Shown here: piece by piece, positions 1 through 10,874 of the stretch
How the letters are laid out: each line of letters begins with the position of its first letter
Position numbering within the stretch: position 1 is the first letter of the stretch
Source: Candidatus Cloacimonadales bacterium
GTDB lineage: Bacteria; Cloacimonadota; Cloacimonadia; Cloacimonadales; JAIOQZ01
Assembly (NCBI GenBank): GCA_963665815.1
Contig: OY762463.1
Span: 2,272,001-2,336,000, forward strand
DNA: 64,000 nt
Direction: 5' to 3'
Translations under genes and position numbers: made by a program
Notes under the pieces: model-generated
The model's input: only the letters and a program-made list of their open reading frames with translations
What the model was told of the DNA's origin: nothing
The model's database searches: none

Positions 1-1
1 C

Positions 2-1933
2 ATGACTCAATCTTTTATTCTCCCTGTAGAATATGCTACTTTCTATCTTACAGAGACTATTGATCAGTATGTTAATGTTAATTGGACAGCAGAATCTGAA
101 AACAACCTTCTTGGCTACAGATTATACCGAAGTATCAGTAACAGACTTACAGATGCAGTTCCATTAAACAATGGTCAGGTTATTGCAGCTACTAATAATT
201 CACAAACTTGCAACTACCAATATACAGACTCTAATGCAGTAACAGGTGTGAAAAATTATTACTGGATTGAAATAGTCCAGGCTGACAACAACTCAGGTGG
301 TTTTCTTGGGCCACAAAATATTAATGTTTCAGAATATTCTGTTGATTCCATTGATTACAATATAGTATATGATACAGATGGTATGGGATATGACGATGCA
401 AATGATAAATACAGAATAAAACTTCAGATCAAATATAACAATGGCGTTGCTCCAATTGGTTTCTTTAACCTTCGTATACTCTATAATGATGCATGTCTAG
501 CGTACAACAATGCTGAATCTTACAGCCTTGGTCCAATTGAGGACTTTGAATTCTTCGGAATGGATATATACAACCTTGAACCAATTGAAATGTCTTCCAT
601 CAAATGCGGTATCAATGGTGTATACGCTGGAATAATCGATTACCCAATGTTCTGCTATAATCTTGATAACACATGGACAGACTGTGCAGTTATGGTATTT
701 GACGTAGTAGATTTTACTCAAGGCACTAACATAAGGTGGGACATGAACGATGCTCAAAATCAGGTGACATTATATGATGCATCACCACTTCCTAACGGCA
801 TATTCACAGGTGACCATAATATAGCACTCAATGCTGGGACACCTGTTGCCTATTATATGCTTTTTTTCAGTGAAATTTCAGACAATCTTTCAGGTCAATT
901 AGAAACAACAGCATTCATAGAACTAATAAATATAACTCATTATGACTTAGATCTTACAGGAGTAACCGTAGTAAATGTTATGACATCATATACAGAAACC
1001 CTTTCCGGTATAATTCCTCCTTACGGTTCAGTTGTTATTTCCAATGGAGCAGATCAGGCATCTTTCGAAAATGCGTGGGGAATATCATTTGATACGGCTT
1101 ACTCAGTTTTTATTCAAGGTAGCCCACAATTAGAAATTGGTAATGGATATGCCTACTCTCTCAACATTCCTGATTCTCGTGAAGTAATAGATACAACACC
1201 AGTTATATATAACAATGAACGTCATTATCAGCGGGGTCCTTCAATATGGGTTCCGCCAACAACTCCAGATACAGCTGACCCTGGTAATGACAGTCCCGGA
1301 CAAACACTTCCTGTAGAGTTTTCATCATTTACATTGTCAAAGACTAATAATGATTTTGTCAGTATAACATGGTCAACAAAATCAGAAACAGACCTTATCG
1401 GTTTCAGATTGCTGCGTAGCGATAATGATGAAATTTCATCAGCTATTCCACTAAACAATGCTCAGCTTATTGCAGCCACAAACACTTCAGGAACAACAGA
1501 CTACAGTTATGTAGACGATGAAGTTGCTTTAGAAACAACTTATTACTACTGGATTGAAATAGTTCAAGCTGATAATAACTCAGGTGGATTCCACGGACCG
1601 CAAGCTATTACCATCGAGAAAGATGCTGTTGACTTCTGCGACGCAACAGTTCTTAAAGGTAACTATCCTAATCCGTTCAACCCCGAAACAACTATCAGTT
1701 TTTCACTCAAAGGGTACTCAGATGAGCAAGTTGACGTTTCTCTTGAAGTATATAACATCAAGGGACAAAAGGTTAAAACATTACTGAACGGAAAAATTAA
1801 TCCTATGAGTCAGCATGATGTAAAATGGAATGGTAAAGATTCAAATGGTAATTCTTTAAGCTCTGGTGTGTATTTCTATAAACTAGTGACTCCGGATTAC
1901 ACCAAAACAGCTAAAATGCTCTTAATGAAATAA
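2..1933 (+). CDS. 5'-truncated secreted protein: repeated LPVE Ig-like domain, cohesin-like region, lamin-tail-like domain, C-terminal FlgD-Ig/T9SS-A-like sorting domain
   Basis: Ends NYPNPFNPETTISF...SGVYFYKL...KMLLMK; LFFSEISD...FIELIN lamin-tail pattern; no signal peptide visible, ORF begins at window edge. Confidence 0.8.
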   Translation: MTQSFILPVEYATFYLTETIDQYVNVNWTAESENNLLGYRLYRSISNRLTDAVPLNNGQVIAATNNSQTCNYQYTDSNAVTGVKNYYWIEIVQADNNSGGFLGPQNINVSEYSVDSIDYNIVYDTDGMGYDDANDKYRIKLQIKYNNGVAPIGFFNLRILYNDACLAYNNAESYSLGPIEDFEFFGMDIYNLEPIEMSSIKCGINGVYAGIIDYPMFCYNLDNTWTDCAVMVFDVVDFTQGTNIRWDMNDAQNQVTLYDASPLPNGIFTGDHNIALNAGTPVAYYMLFFSEISDNLSGQLETTAFIELINITHYDLDLTGVTVVNVMTSYTETLSGIIPPYGSVVISNGADQASFENAWGISFDTAYSVFIQGSPQLEIGNGYAYSLNIPDSREVIDTTPVIYNNERHYQRGPSIWVPPTTPDTADPGNDSPGQTLPVEFSSFTLSKTNNDFVSITWSTKSETDLIGFRLLRSDNDEISSAIPLNNAQLIAATNTSGTTDYSYVDDEVALETTYYYWIEIVQADNNSGGFHGPQAITIEKDAVDFCDATVLKGNYPNPFNPETTISFSLKGYSDEQVDVSLEVYNIKGQKVKTLLNGKINPMSQHDVKWNGKDSNGNSLSSGVYFYKLVTPDYTKTAKMLLMK

Positions 1934-1955
1934 GAGACTGAGAATATATAATATT

Positions 1956-1984
1956 AAACGGACTGTTGCAAGCAGTCCGTTTTT
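1956..1984 (+). terminator. Rho-independent terminator
   Basis: aaacggactg-ttgcaag-cagtccgttt followed by T run, just after stop at 1933. Confidence 0.75.
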
Positions 1985-2084
1985 GCTTTTTAAGATGCAG
2001 TTATGACTTTTCAATATCAGTTCTCTAAAGGCTTGCTTGATTTAGGTTGTATTCTTTATTAATAAATTGAGATGTCCTCTAAAT

Positions 2085-2113
2085 AAAAAAGCTCAGTCCG
2101 AAAACTGAGCTTT
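2085..2113 (-). terminator. Rho-independent terminator (same sequence as 4833-4862)
   Basis: aaaaaagctcagt-ccgaaa-actgagcttt downstream of minus-strand gene. Confidence 0.75.
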
Positions 2114-2133
2114 AAACTATAGTAACTTTTTTA

Positions 2134-4707
2134 TTATTTCAATAAGACAGCTTTTCTTGTTTCAACTGTATTACCTGATTCTATTCTGATGAAATAAACC
2201 CCTGAAGAAACATTGCCTGAATTGCTATCTTTTCCATCCCAGACAACTTCTTCAATCTTATTAGCTTCTTTGAATCCTTCATTAAATGTTCTGATAAGCT
2301 GTCCTTTAATGTTGTATACGGAAATCATAACATCACCATCTTCATAGATGCTGTATTCAATAGTTGTGCGTGGATTGAACGGATTAGGGTATATTCTATG
2401 AATACCGGATGCGATTGTTACATCAGGTGTATCATCATCTTTATCACGTTTAATTGTGATACTTACAGGTCCGAAATACTTGCTGTTACTGTTGAAGTCC
2501 AGTGATTCCAACCAGTAAAAGTACTCTGTTTCATACTCAATGTCTTCATCAGTAAAACTGTAAGTATGTTCTGTAGATGTATTAGTTCCTGCAATCATGT
2601 TTCCATTGACATTTACAGCATCAGCAACATCTTTTAAATTACTTCTGAGAACATTAAAACCGAGGTTATTGTTTTCGGATTGAGTTACCCAATTTAGCTG
2701 AGCAAAATCTGAGATGGTCTGAACAGCATTGAAAGAAGCAAGCTCAACAGGCAGGGTTGTGTCACCACCACCGTTAACAACAAATTCTTCGGTTCCTCTT
2801 GCAGAGGATGTCCATGTAAATGTAACCTGCCCGGGAGTTGAGAAGTCTGCACCGGATGAAACACTTACATCACTCCAGTCAGATCCGTTCCAATAAACAA
2901 GTTCATTAGGCGAAAGAGTATTACTGAAGTAGAAGGTTGTTGTTGTTTGAATCCCTGTTGGATAGAATGCACTGAAAGATGCCGCACAGTTTTCCGGTTG
3001 TGGAAGAGGATTTGAAGGTTGATCACTAACCTGTACAGGTATGATTGGTATAAGTGGCACAGATGCAAAGACAAAGTTTAGTGTTGGCTGGATATCACCC
3101 TGTCCTAAGTCAATAGCAGGCATGACCAAAGTAGGAGGGTTTGTTACGTTTACATTTTCGAGTTGGTTATATACGACCTCAGTCGGTTCCTGAGGGGAAT
3201 TTTCTCCGGGATCATCCATAACAGTGAAGGATGATGTAATTGGGTATTGATTATCCCCATAACCATTATAGGCAACAACTGACCATTCAACTGTTCTTCC
3301 ATACTCACTAATTGGCAAAATCTGACTATATAGTTTATCTGTTGTGTACGGCACATTAGCAATCATGTTTTCGTCACAATAAACCTTGAATCCTGTAGGG
3401 AGGTTACCACCTGCATACTTCCAGTTTACAGTAACCTGTCTCGGCATATCAGTAGACATATGCACAGGAAATACATTAAGAGTTGCAGAAGGAATTGCAA
3501 TACTATTATATATATGAACAGTACTGGAGTTTGGGATACTATTGTATTCATTTGCGGATGCAATAAAAACATCATTGTCTGAGACAGCAACTGATTTACC
3601 AAAGTGTTCTCCTCCGGAAGGAGTTGTAAGCTTAATCTTCTGTGTTTGATTCCAGTGAATAGTGTTATCGCGAGTAAATACATACGCAGCACCGGAGGCA
3701 GAAGATGATTCGATGTCAGCAAATCTTGCACCGATAACAGCAGTATCTCCATTAAGGGCAACGTATTCTCCAAAGCAGTCTCCGGCAGCATTATCTGTTG
3801 GACAGATACTTGGGGTCAACATCCACCTGCCAAAATTGTCAAAGTAGTAATAAATAAATGCTTCACCGGATGTTGAACCATTAATATTTCCACCCGGTGC
3901 TCCAATAAGAACTTGATCATCATAAACTGCTACCGAAGCACCAAAATCTCTTGTGTTATCATGATTTAAAGGTCTTGCTATTTCTAAAAAACTAAGTGAG
4001 TTCAAACTGTAAAATCTGAATAAAGACACAGATCCATATACACTATCATTACCAAGTGTATATACTTCATCAGGATCACCCACTGCAATTAATGTACTGT
4101 CGATATCTACTGAAGTACCAAACGACATAGAGTTAGGAGAATTATATGCTTCCAGTTTCACTATTTGAGACCATGTATTTATGTTGCGCTTAAAAACATA
4201 GGCTGCTCCAGTACCACATCCTTTTGCACCTATAACTGCATAATTTCCATCAATCGCAACGTCACAACCAAAATAGTCTCCTGCACTTCCGTCCGATGCT
4301 GTAAACTTATAAATCTGTGTCCATGTCATATCACTGACTTTTTTAAAGAGATAAGCTGCTCCTGCACTATCACCGTTATCATTATCTCCTTGAGCTCCGA
4401 TTATTGCAAAATCTCCTGAAATATCGACAGAACGACCAAAGAAGTTTTGTTCAGCCGGATCAGAAGGAGTAAGCCTGGCCTGTTGAACCCACAATGAACC
4501 TGCATTTACAAATATATAGGCAGCCCCGTTGTTGATGCCTGAATCATTCTCATCAGCACCAATAATGGCATTATTCTCATCTATTGCAACACTATATCCA
4601 AATTCATCTCCTGAAAAATCTGAAGAATAAATATCTTGAGTTGGAAGCCAGTCACAATGAAGGAGGAGGTTGATTAGAACAAATGAAATAAAGAATAGTC
4701 TTCTCAT
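2134..4707 (-). CDS. Secreted FG-GAP (integrin-alpha-like) beta-propeller protein with FN3-like stalk and C-terminal sorting domain
   Basis: Repeated D.FG.SVAI.G..A.IGA...GAAY.F motifs; signal peptide; TLPVELASF; YPNPFNP C-terminal domain. Confidence 0.85.
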   Translation of the reverse strand: MRRLFFISFVLINLLLHCDWLPTQDIYSSDFSGDEFGYSVAIDENNAIIGADENDSGINNGAAYIFVNAGSLWVQQARLTPSDPAEQNFFGRSVDISGDFAIIGAQGDNDNGDSAGAAYLFKKVSDMTWTQIYKFTASDGSAGDYFGCDVAIDGNYAVIGAKGCGTGAAYVFKRNINTWSQIVKLEAYNSPNSMSFGTSVDIDSTLIAVGDPDEVYTLGNDSVYGSVSLFRFYSLNSLSFLEIARPLNHDNTRDFGASVAVYDDQVLIGAPGGNINGSTSGEAFIYYYFDNFGRWMLTPSICPTDNAAGDCFGEYVALNGDTAVIGARFADIESSSASGAAYVFTRDNTIHWNQTQKIKLTTPSGGEHFGKSVAVSDNDVFIASANEYNSIPNSSTVHIYNSIAIPSATLNVFPVHMSTDMPRQVTVNWKYAGGNLPTGFKVYCDENMIANVPYTTDKLYSQILPISEYGRTVEWSVVAYNGYGDNQYPITSSFTVMDDPGENSPQEPTEVVYNQLENVNVTNPPTLVMPAIDLGQGDIQPTLNFVFASVPLIPIIPVQVSDQPSNPLPQPENCAASFSAFYPTGIQTTTTFYFSNTLSPNELVYWNGSDWSDVSVSSGADFSTPGQVTFTWTSSARGTEEFVVNGGGDTTLPVELASFNAVQTISDFAQLNWVTQSENNNLGFNVLRSNLKDVADAVNVNGNMIAGTNTSTEHTYSFTDEDIEYETEYFYWLESLDFNSNSKYFGPVSITIKRDKDDDTPDVTIASGIHRIYPNPFNPRTTIEYSIYEDGDVMISVYNIKGQLIRTFNEGFKEANKIEEVVWDGKDSNSGNVSSGVYFIRIESGNTVETRKAVLLK

Positions 4708-4832
4708 ATTATCTCCAAAGGATTTTTATTTTACACTAAACAATGAATTTAGGTTCAGGTTGTCAACTAAATATTATTTTGACAGGAAAACTTGTTATGA
4801 AAAAAATGTAAAAAATATTTGTTTTTATACAC

Positions 4833-4862
4833 AAAAAAAGCTCAGTCCGAAAACTGAGCTTT
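4833..4862 (-). terminator. Rho-independent terminator (duplicate of 2085-2113)
   Basis: aaaaaaagctcagtccgaaaactgagcttt. Confidence 0.75.
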
Positions 4863-4882
4863 AAACTATAGTAACTTTTTCA

Positions 4883-7402
4883 TTATTTCAATAAGACAGC
4901 TTTTCTTGTTTCAACTGTATTACCTGATTCTATTCTGATGAAATAAACCCCTGAAGAAACATTGCCTGAATTGTTATCTTTTCCATCCCATACAACTTCT
5001 TCAATTTTGTTCGCTTCTTTGAATCCTTCATTAAATGTTCTGATAAGCTGTCCTTTAATGTTGTATACAGAGATCATAACATCACCGTCTTCATAGATGC
5101 TGTACTCAATTGTTGTGCGAGGATTGAACGGATTAGGGTATATTTTGTGGATTCCTGCACCAATCTGTACGTCAGGTGTATCATCATCCTTGTCACGCTC
5201 AATTGTGATTCTTACAGGTCCGAAATACTTGCTGTTACTGTTGAAGTCCAGTGATTCCAGCCAGTAGAAGTATTCTGTTTCATACTCAATGTCTTCATCA
5301 GTAAAACTGTAAGTATGTTCTGCAGATGTGTTTGTTCCGGCAATAATGTCATAATTTACCTTTACAGCTTCAGCAACATCTTTGTAGTTACTTCTGAGAA
5401 TATTAAAACCAAGGTTGTTGTTTTCGGATTGAGTTACCCAGTTGAGTTGTGCAAAATCTGAGCTTGTCTGAACAGCATTGAAAGAAGAAAGCTCAACAGG
5501 CAGGGTTGAATCTCCTCCACCGTTAACTGCAAACTCTTCATCAGCTCTGCTTGATGATGTCCATGTGAAAGTTACCTGTCCCGGAGTAGAAAAGTCTGCC
5601 CCGGAAGTAACAGTAACATCATCCCAATCAGCACCGTTCCAGTGTACAAGTTCATTTGGGGAAGTAGTGTTACTGAAATAGAAGACGATTGTAGTCTGGT
5701 TGTTCACTGGGAAGAATGCACTCAAAGCAGCAGCACAGTTTTGTGGCTGAGGAAGAGGGTTTGAAGGTTGGTCCATCACTTGTACGGAAAGAGTTGGAAT
5801 TGTTGGAGCATTATCATAATTGAAATTCAGAGTAGGCTGAATATCTCCCTGTCCAAGATTAATTGGCGGCATTGTAATGGTAGGTGGATTAGTCACTGTG
5901 ACATTTTCCAGCTCGTTGTAAACAACTTCATCAGGTTCTTCTGCTTCACCCGTACCGGGATCATTCATTATATAGAATGTCCATGTTACAGGACCCGAAC
6001 ATTCGCCAGCCACGTTGTATGGCACAACTTTCCAGATTACGGTAGAGCCGTAAGCAGCAATATCAAGATCTTTATAGTAAAGTTTATCGGTTGTATAAAG
6101 TATGTTTGATCCTATTTGAGAACCATTCTGGTAAACTTTGAAACCTGTTGGAGTTCCGGATCCACTATACCGCCAGTTAACTGTAACACTTCTGGGCATA
6201 TCAATGCTGTTGTTGGCTGGGAAAACATTGGTTGCAGCATCGGGAAGAGTTGTGAAGGAATTGTTTGCACCATACGTTGTACCTTCGGAATTAACTGCTT
6301 TCACTCTAAAGTTATACTCTGTAGCATCATCCAGACCTGTAATACTTTTAGATACGGGAGTGTTCGTTCCTCCCGTCAAAGGACTTTGATCTGCAGTTAC
6401 AGTTGAACCATAGGCAACAGTTTCACCATATTCAAATGTAATTGTCGTTTCTGCTCCATTATCGTTAACTGTACCGTTGAGTATTGCTGAGGAAGATGTA
6501 ACACTTCCTGCTGCATTTGATACAGCAGTTGGTGCTGATGCTGATGAACCAAAGGTTTGCCCTATCTCAATATCAAATCCATCATACGACTTGAATGTGC
6601 TGAGACCAGAGCCATCAAGATTACATTTTGCAATTCTTGATTGTGTGTTGTCCTCTTCAATATAATAAAGCTTTTCATTAACAGTATCAATGGCTATTCC
6701 AAATATCTGACCTGTTACTGCATCACTTAGAGCTGCAACAAAAGCATCATTACTTCCGTCAATATCACACTTTCTTAAATTCCATGTCCCTTCGGAAAGT
6801 GCATAATATATCTTCCCATTGTAATATGCAAGAGCCTGGGCACTAACACTTTTCACTGTTGATACATTTGTTCCGTCCGGATCACAGCTTTTAATGGCTC
6901 CACTTCCGGAAACGTTGTCAGCAAAGTACAACTTATTATTATCACCATCATATACAACTGCATCAATTTTCCCTGTAGATGGATTTCCAGGAAGTAACAG
7001 CTGAGTATCTCCTGTTCCATCAACATTACACGATCTCAAATCCCAATCACCGGAATTTTTTGCGTAGAATAATTTCCCATCACCATATGCGATAGGTTTA
7101 GCTTTTTGAGCAATTACTGTTCCTGCTCCTGTACCATTAGTATTGATTTTTCTGATATAACTCGTCCCGGTATTGCTTTGATGAGTGAAATAGACAACAT
7201 TGTTTGTTACATCCACGGCTATTCCCGGAATATAATCATTAATATCCGGTAAAGCGTAAAATTCTGATTCTGAAGATCCATCTAAATTGCTTTTCTGCAA
7301 ATTAGAGGAACTGTCCTCGTTTAAAGAAAAGAAAACTGAATTTTGTGCCGAAAGAGACACTAACAAAAACAATAAAATCGATAAAAACACCATTTTCTTC
7401 AT
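4883..7402 (-). CDS. Secreted YWTD/LDL-receptor-like beta-propeller plus FN3 protein with C-terminal sorting domain
   Basis: Repeated KLYY/KLYF...I.KC.LDG motifs; FN3 signature GLDDATEYNFRVKAVNSEG; C-terminal half closely similar to 2134-4707. Confidence 0.8.
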   Translation of the reverse strand: MKKMVFLSILLFLLVSLSAQNSVFFSLNEDSSSNLQKSNLDGSSESEFYALPDINDYIPGIAVDVTNNVVYFTHQSNTGTSYIRKINTNGTGAGTVIAQKAKPIAYGDGKLFYAKNSGDWDLRSCNVDGTGDTQLLLPGNPSTGKIDAVVYDGDNNKLYFADNVSGSGAIKSCDPDGTNVSTVKSVSAQALAYYNGKIYYALSEGTWNLRKCDIDGSNDAFVAALSDAVTGQIFGIAIDTVNEKLYYIEEDNTQSRIAKCNLDGSGLSTFKSYDGFDIEIGQTFGSSASAPTAVSNAAGSVTSSSAILNGTVNDNGAETTITFEYGETVAYGSTVTADQSPLTGGTNTPVSKSITGLDDATEYNFRVKAVNSEGTTYGANNSFTTLPDAATNVFPANNSIDMPRSVTVNWRYSGSGTPTGFKVYQNGSQIGSNILYTTDKLYYKDLDIAAYGSTVIWKVVPYNVAGECSGPVTWTFYIMNDPGTGEAEEPDEVVYNELENVTVTNPPTITMPPINLGQGDIQPTLNFNYDNAPTIPTLSVQVMDQPSNPLPQPQNCAAALSAFFPVNNQTTIVFYFSNTTSPNELVHWNGADWDDVTVTSGADFSTPGQVTFTWTSSSRADEEFAVNGGGDSTLPVELSSFNAVQTSSDFAQLNWVTQSENNNLGFNILRSNYKDVAEAVKVNYDIIAGTNTSAEHTYSFTDEDIEYETEYFYWLESLDFNSNSKYFGPVRITIERDKDDDTPDVQIGAGIHKIYPNPFNPRTTIEYSIYEDGDVMISVYNIKGQLIRTFNEGFKEANKIEEVVWDGKDNNSGNVSSGVYFIRIESGNTVETRKAVLLK

Positions 7403-7555
7403 AGTTCCTCCAAGTAAGTGTTACTTAATTTATATATGTATATAATTAAAAAATAATATAATAGATAGAGGGGGATTCTGGCAATATAAAAATATTATTA
7501 ATCGCTGAAATGATATCTATTATAGATAATATAATTTGATTACCCAATTAACTTA

Positions 7556-7584
7556 TTGACATTTTTTCTGAACTTTGTTAGTAT
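7556..7584 (+). promoter_or_regulatory. Sigma70-type promoter
   Basis: TTGACA-17 nt-TAGTAT with TG extension upstream of the nuclease gene. Confidence 0.5.
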
Positions 7585-7696
7585 GAAGAGCTAAGATATT
7601 AGTTCACAGGAAAATAATATTCATTTAACATTCCTGTATAATACTTGTGCAAAGATGATTTATACTGCTAATAAACATAACAGGAGAATAGATAAT

Positions 7697-10600
7697 ATGA
7701 AAAGAACACTCTTCTCACTTTTAATTTTGATTTTTATAGTGAACCTTACCGCTACCGTTACAGAAACCTTTGAAAACGGTTCTAAAAGCAGTTATGCACT
7801 TGGCTCTGTTGATCTGGATTCCGGAAACTGGTCTTTTGAAAATGCTCTGCTCGGAACACTTGATAATGACAGGAAATTCGATTCCAAATCTGTACGAGTT
7901 AGATATGAATCTGCTCTTCCGGGAAACTTTTTCATGAATTTCGATAAAACCGATGGTGTTGGAGAGTTCAAAATCTATCATGCCAGATATGGTTCTGATC
8001 TTAACCAGAGCTGGACTCTTTACATGTCGACAGACTCAGGCTCTTCCTGGAATCAGGTCGGTTCAGAAGTACAGACTACAAGTACGACTCTTGCTCAGGA
8101 AACATTTTCCATTAACCAGTCTGGTAATGTCCGATTCAAAATTGTTATTACAAGCGGTGTTGCCAGTGATAGATTAAACTTCGATAATGTTGAAATAACT
8201 GATTACGGCAGTGGATCAAGTGTTGTTGCCCCACAGGCTTTTACTGCAACTGCAAACGGAGAAAATGATATACAGCTTGCTTTCCAGACTAACGGAACCG
8301 ATCCGGTATTTATTGTTTACGATATGAACAATACATTCTCTTCACCGACAGACGGAGATGCTGTGCCTTCTGTAGGTTCTGCATATGTCGGTGGGACAGT
8401 GCTATATAACGGTTCAGGAACTTCATACAATCATACAGGTTTGAATGCAGGAGATCACGTTTATTACAGAATATACTCAGTAGACACTAATAATGACTAC
8501 TCAACATATCTTTCTGATGATGCAACAACAGAGACGAATTATTATTCAGGAATCTCAGGAACCGGTGCAACTCTTAAAGCTCAGCTTTCAAATCTTATAG
8601 ACGGACATACAAGTATTTCCTATACTGCTGCAAGATATGCTTTGGAAGTTCTTGATGCCGATCCGGAAATTCCGGGAAATATCGTATCTTTCTATACAGG
8701 CTGGTCATTCTCAAACACATTATGGAACGTAAGTAATGGCTGGAACAGAGAACACGTCTGGTCTCAATCTCATGGAGATCTTGATGACAATAATTCTGAT
8801 GGTTACACAGATCTTCACCATTTAAGAGCAGAAGACGCAACCGTTAATGCTGCCAAAAACAACAGAGATTTTGATGAAGGTGGATCAGCATATACGGACT
8901 CTTCTCCTGCAGAAGGAACAAGCGGAGTTACAGGCTGTTATTCTGATGATGCAAATTGGACATGGGAACCAAGGGACGAAGTAAAAGGCGATGTTGCTCG
9001 AGCTATACTCTATATGGATACACGTTATGAAGGTAACAACGGTGAACTTGATCTGGAAATTCTGGATGATACAGATGTAGCCCCTAATCATGAGCCTTAT
9101 TACGGCAAACTTACTACATTGCTCAGATGGCACAATGAAGACCCTGTAAGCACTGAAGAAGCAGCCCGAAATGAGTTGATATATACAGATTATCAGCATA
9201 ACAGAAATCCGTATATTGATCATCCTGAATATGCAGGATTGGTTTACGGTAATCCTGTAACCAATCAATCTATAAGCAGCTACAACTTCGGTAATGTTGA
9301 AGTTGGCTATGAATCTGATGAGGTATCCTTCACTGTTACCGGAACAGACCTTTATGATGATGTAACTGTTACCGCTCCTTCAGGATTTATGGTTTCACAT
9401 ACTTCCGGTTCAGGATTTACACAATCAATTACTCTACCGATGTTTACAAGATCTGTTAATACAACAGTATATATGAAGTTTGCTCCTCTTGTGGAAACAG
9501 CTTATATTGGTGATGTAATTGTCAGCAGCCCTTACGATGATGGTGTTAATATTATATCTGTTTCCGGAATTGGTGGAGGTGGCGCAGCAGGAGCTGAACT
9601 TGTTATTAATGAATGGTCTCAGGGATCTGACGGAGCTAAAGAATGGGTAGAACTCCTGATTCTTTCCGAGAATGCTGACATCAGCGGTTATCACCTGACA
9701 GACGGAAATGGTTCACTTGATATTGAATTTTCAGGAACAGGATTTAACAATCTTGCTCAGGGTTCAGTGATTGTGATATATAACGGTGGCGATGTTGATG
9801 GAGTTATTACTCCTGATCTTAACTATGACGGAGCAGGCGACAAATCATTACAAATATCTTCTCTGAATGATACAGGTGATTGGGCTCTAACCAGAAACAC
9901 AGGCTGGAGCAATACAAGTGGAGCTTTCTCCAACAGTACATCTACGGATGTTCCACAAATAGCTGATGGAAGAACAATTCTATTTACATGTCCTAAGCAT
10001 GCTGCAGGTAATGAAACAGCGTATTTTACAGAAAACTCAGTTCAACTTGCTCAAGACTCAGCTAACTGGGTAACTGACGTATCTACAAACGCCTCACCGG
10101 CAACCGGAAACGGTGGCAACAATACAATCTGGGTTGTTACTCTTCCTGTAACACTTTCTTCTTTCAATGGTGTATTTACTGCTGAAGAAGAAGTGGAACT
10201 TAACTGGATTACAGAATCTGAATCAGAAATGATGGGATATAAAGTATTCAGAGCTCCAGAAGATAATTTTGCAATTACACAGATTGTCTCAAATCTCATC
10301 CCGGCTCTTAATAATTCTACTCAGACTCAATACAGTTATACTGACACAGATATTGAGACAAACAGCATGTACTATTACTGGATAGAAAGTATTGATAATG
10401 CAGGAATGGCGAGGTATTATGGACCGGTTACGGTTTCTACGGAAGTTGAAGATGTTGTTGAACCTGACTTCTACCCAAGCACCGGTATTGTAGGAAACTA
10501 TCCTAACCCATTCAATCCCGAAACAAAAATTGTATATAGCATAAAAGGAACTGAAAACGAGTATACCCATGTTGATTTAAGGATATATAACATCAGAGGA

Positions 10601-10768
10601 CAGCTTGTTAAAAAGCTTATTGATGAATCTCAAACGCCGGGAGAAAACAAACATGTTACCTGGTACGGCAAGGATAAAGATAATAATGCCGTAGGGTCAG
10701 GTGTATATTTCGTCAAGCTACAGACAAACGACAATGTAACGATAAAGAAAATTACATTACTTAAATAG
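7697..10768 (+). CDS. Secreted endonuclease I (EndA/NucM/Bsn family) with lamin-tail domain and C-terminal sorting domain
   Basis: WNREHVWSQSHG, TDLHHLRAED..VN..KNN, WEPRDEVKGDVARAILYM, NRNPYIDHPE motifs; ATG 7697 after AGGAG gives a signal peptide. Confidence 0.88.
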   Translation: MKRTLFSLLILIFIVNLTATVTETFENGSKSSYALGSVDLDSGNWSFENALLGTLDNDRKFDSKSVRVRYESALPGNFFMNFDKTDGVGEFKIYHARYGSDLNQSWTLYMSTDSGSSWNQVGSEVQTTSTTLAQETFSINQSGNVRFKIVITSGVASDRLNFDNVEITDYGSGSSVVAPQAFTATANGENDIQLAFQTNGTDPVFIVYDMNNTFSSPTDGDAVPSVGSAYVGGTVLYNGSGTSYNHTGLNAGDHVYYRIYSVDTNNDYSTYLSDDATTETNYYSGISGTGATLKAQLSNLIDGHTSISYTAARYALEVLDADPEIPGNIVSFYTGWSFSNTLWNVSNGWNREHVWSQSHGDLDDNNSDGYTDLHHLRAEDATVNAAKNNRDFDEGGSAYTDSSPAEGTSGVTGCYSDDANWTWEPRDEVKGDVARAILYMDTRYEGNNGELDLEILDDTDVAPNHEPYYGKLTTLLRWHNEDPVSTEEAARNELIYTDYQHNRNPYIDHPEYAGLVYGNPVTNQSISSYNFGNVEVGYESDEVSFTVTGTDLYDDVTVTAPSGFMVSHTSGSGFTQSITLPMFTRSVNTTVYMKFAPLVETAYIGDVIVSSPYDDGVNIISVSGIGGGGAAGAELVINEWSQGSDGAKEWVELLILSENADISGYHLTDGNGSLDIEFSGTGFNNLAQGSVIVIYNGGDVDGVITPDLNYDGAGDKSLQISSLNDTGDWALTRNTGWSNTSGAFSNSTSTDVPQIADGRTILFTCPKHAAGNETAYFTENSVQLAQDSANWVTDVSTNASPATGNGGNNTIWVVTLPVTLSSFNGVFTAEEEVELNWITESESEMMGYKVFRAPEDNFAITQIVSNLIPALNNSTQTQYSYTDTDIETNSMYYYWIESIDNAGMARYYGPVTVSTEVEDVVEPDFYPSTGIVGNYPNPFNPETKIVYSIKGTENEYTHVDLRIYNIRGQLVKKLIDESQTPGENKHVTWYGKDKDNNAVGSGVYFVKLQTNDNVTIKKITLLK

Positions 10769-10790
10769 CAGATTCATTTAAGGTATTGTT

Positions 10791-10819
10791 AACAGGACAC
10801 TTTCGAGTGTCCTGTTTTT
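10791..10819 (+). terminator. Rho-independent terminator
   Basis: aacaggacac-tttcga-gtgtcctgtt then T run. Confidence 0.8.
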
Positions 10820-10874
10820 GTTGTTGACTACAATCAGCAATCTGTTACTAATTGAAAAAACTCAGGACAGATAT

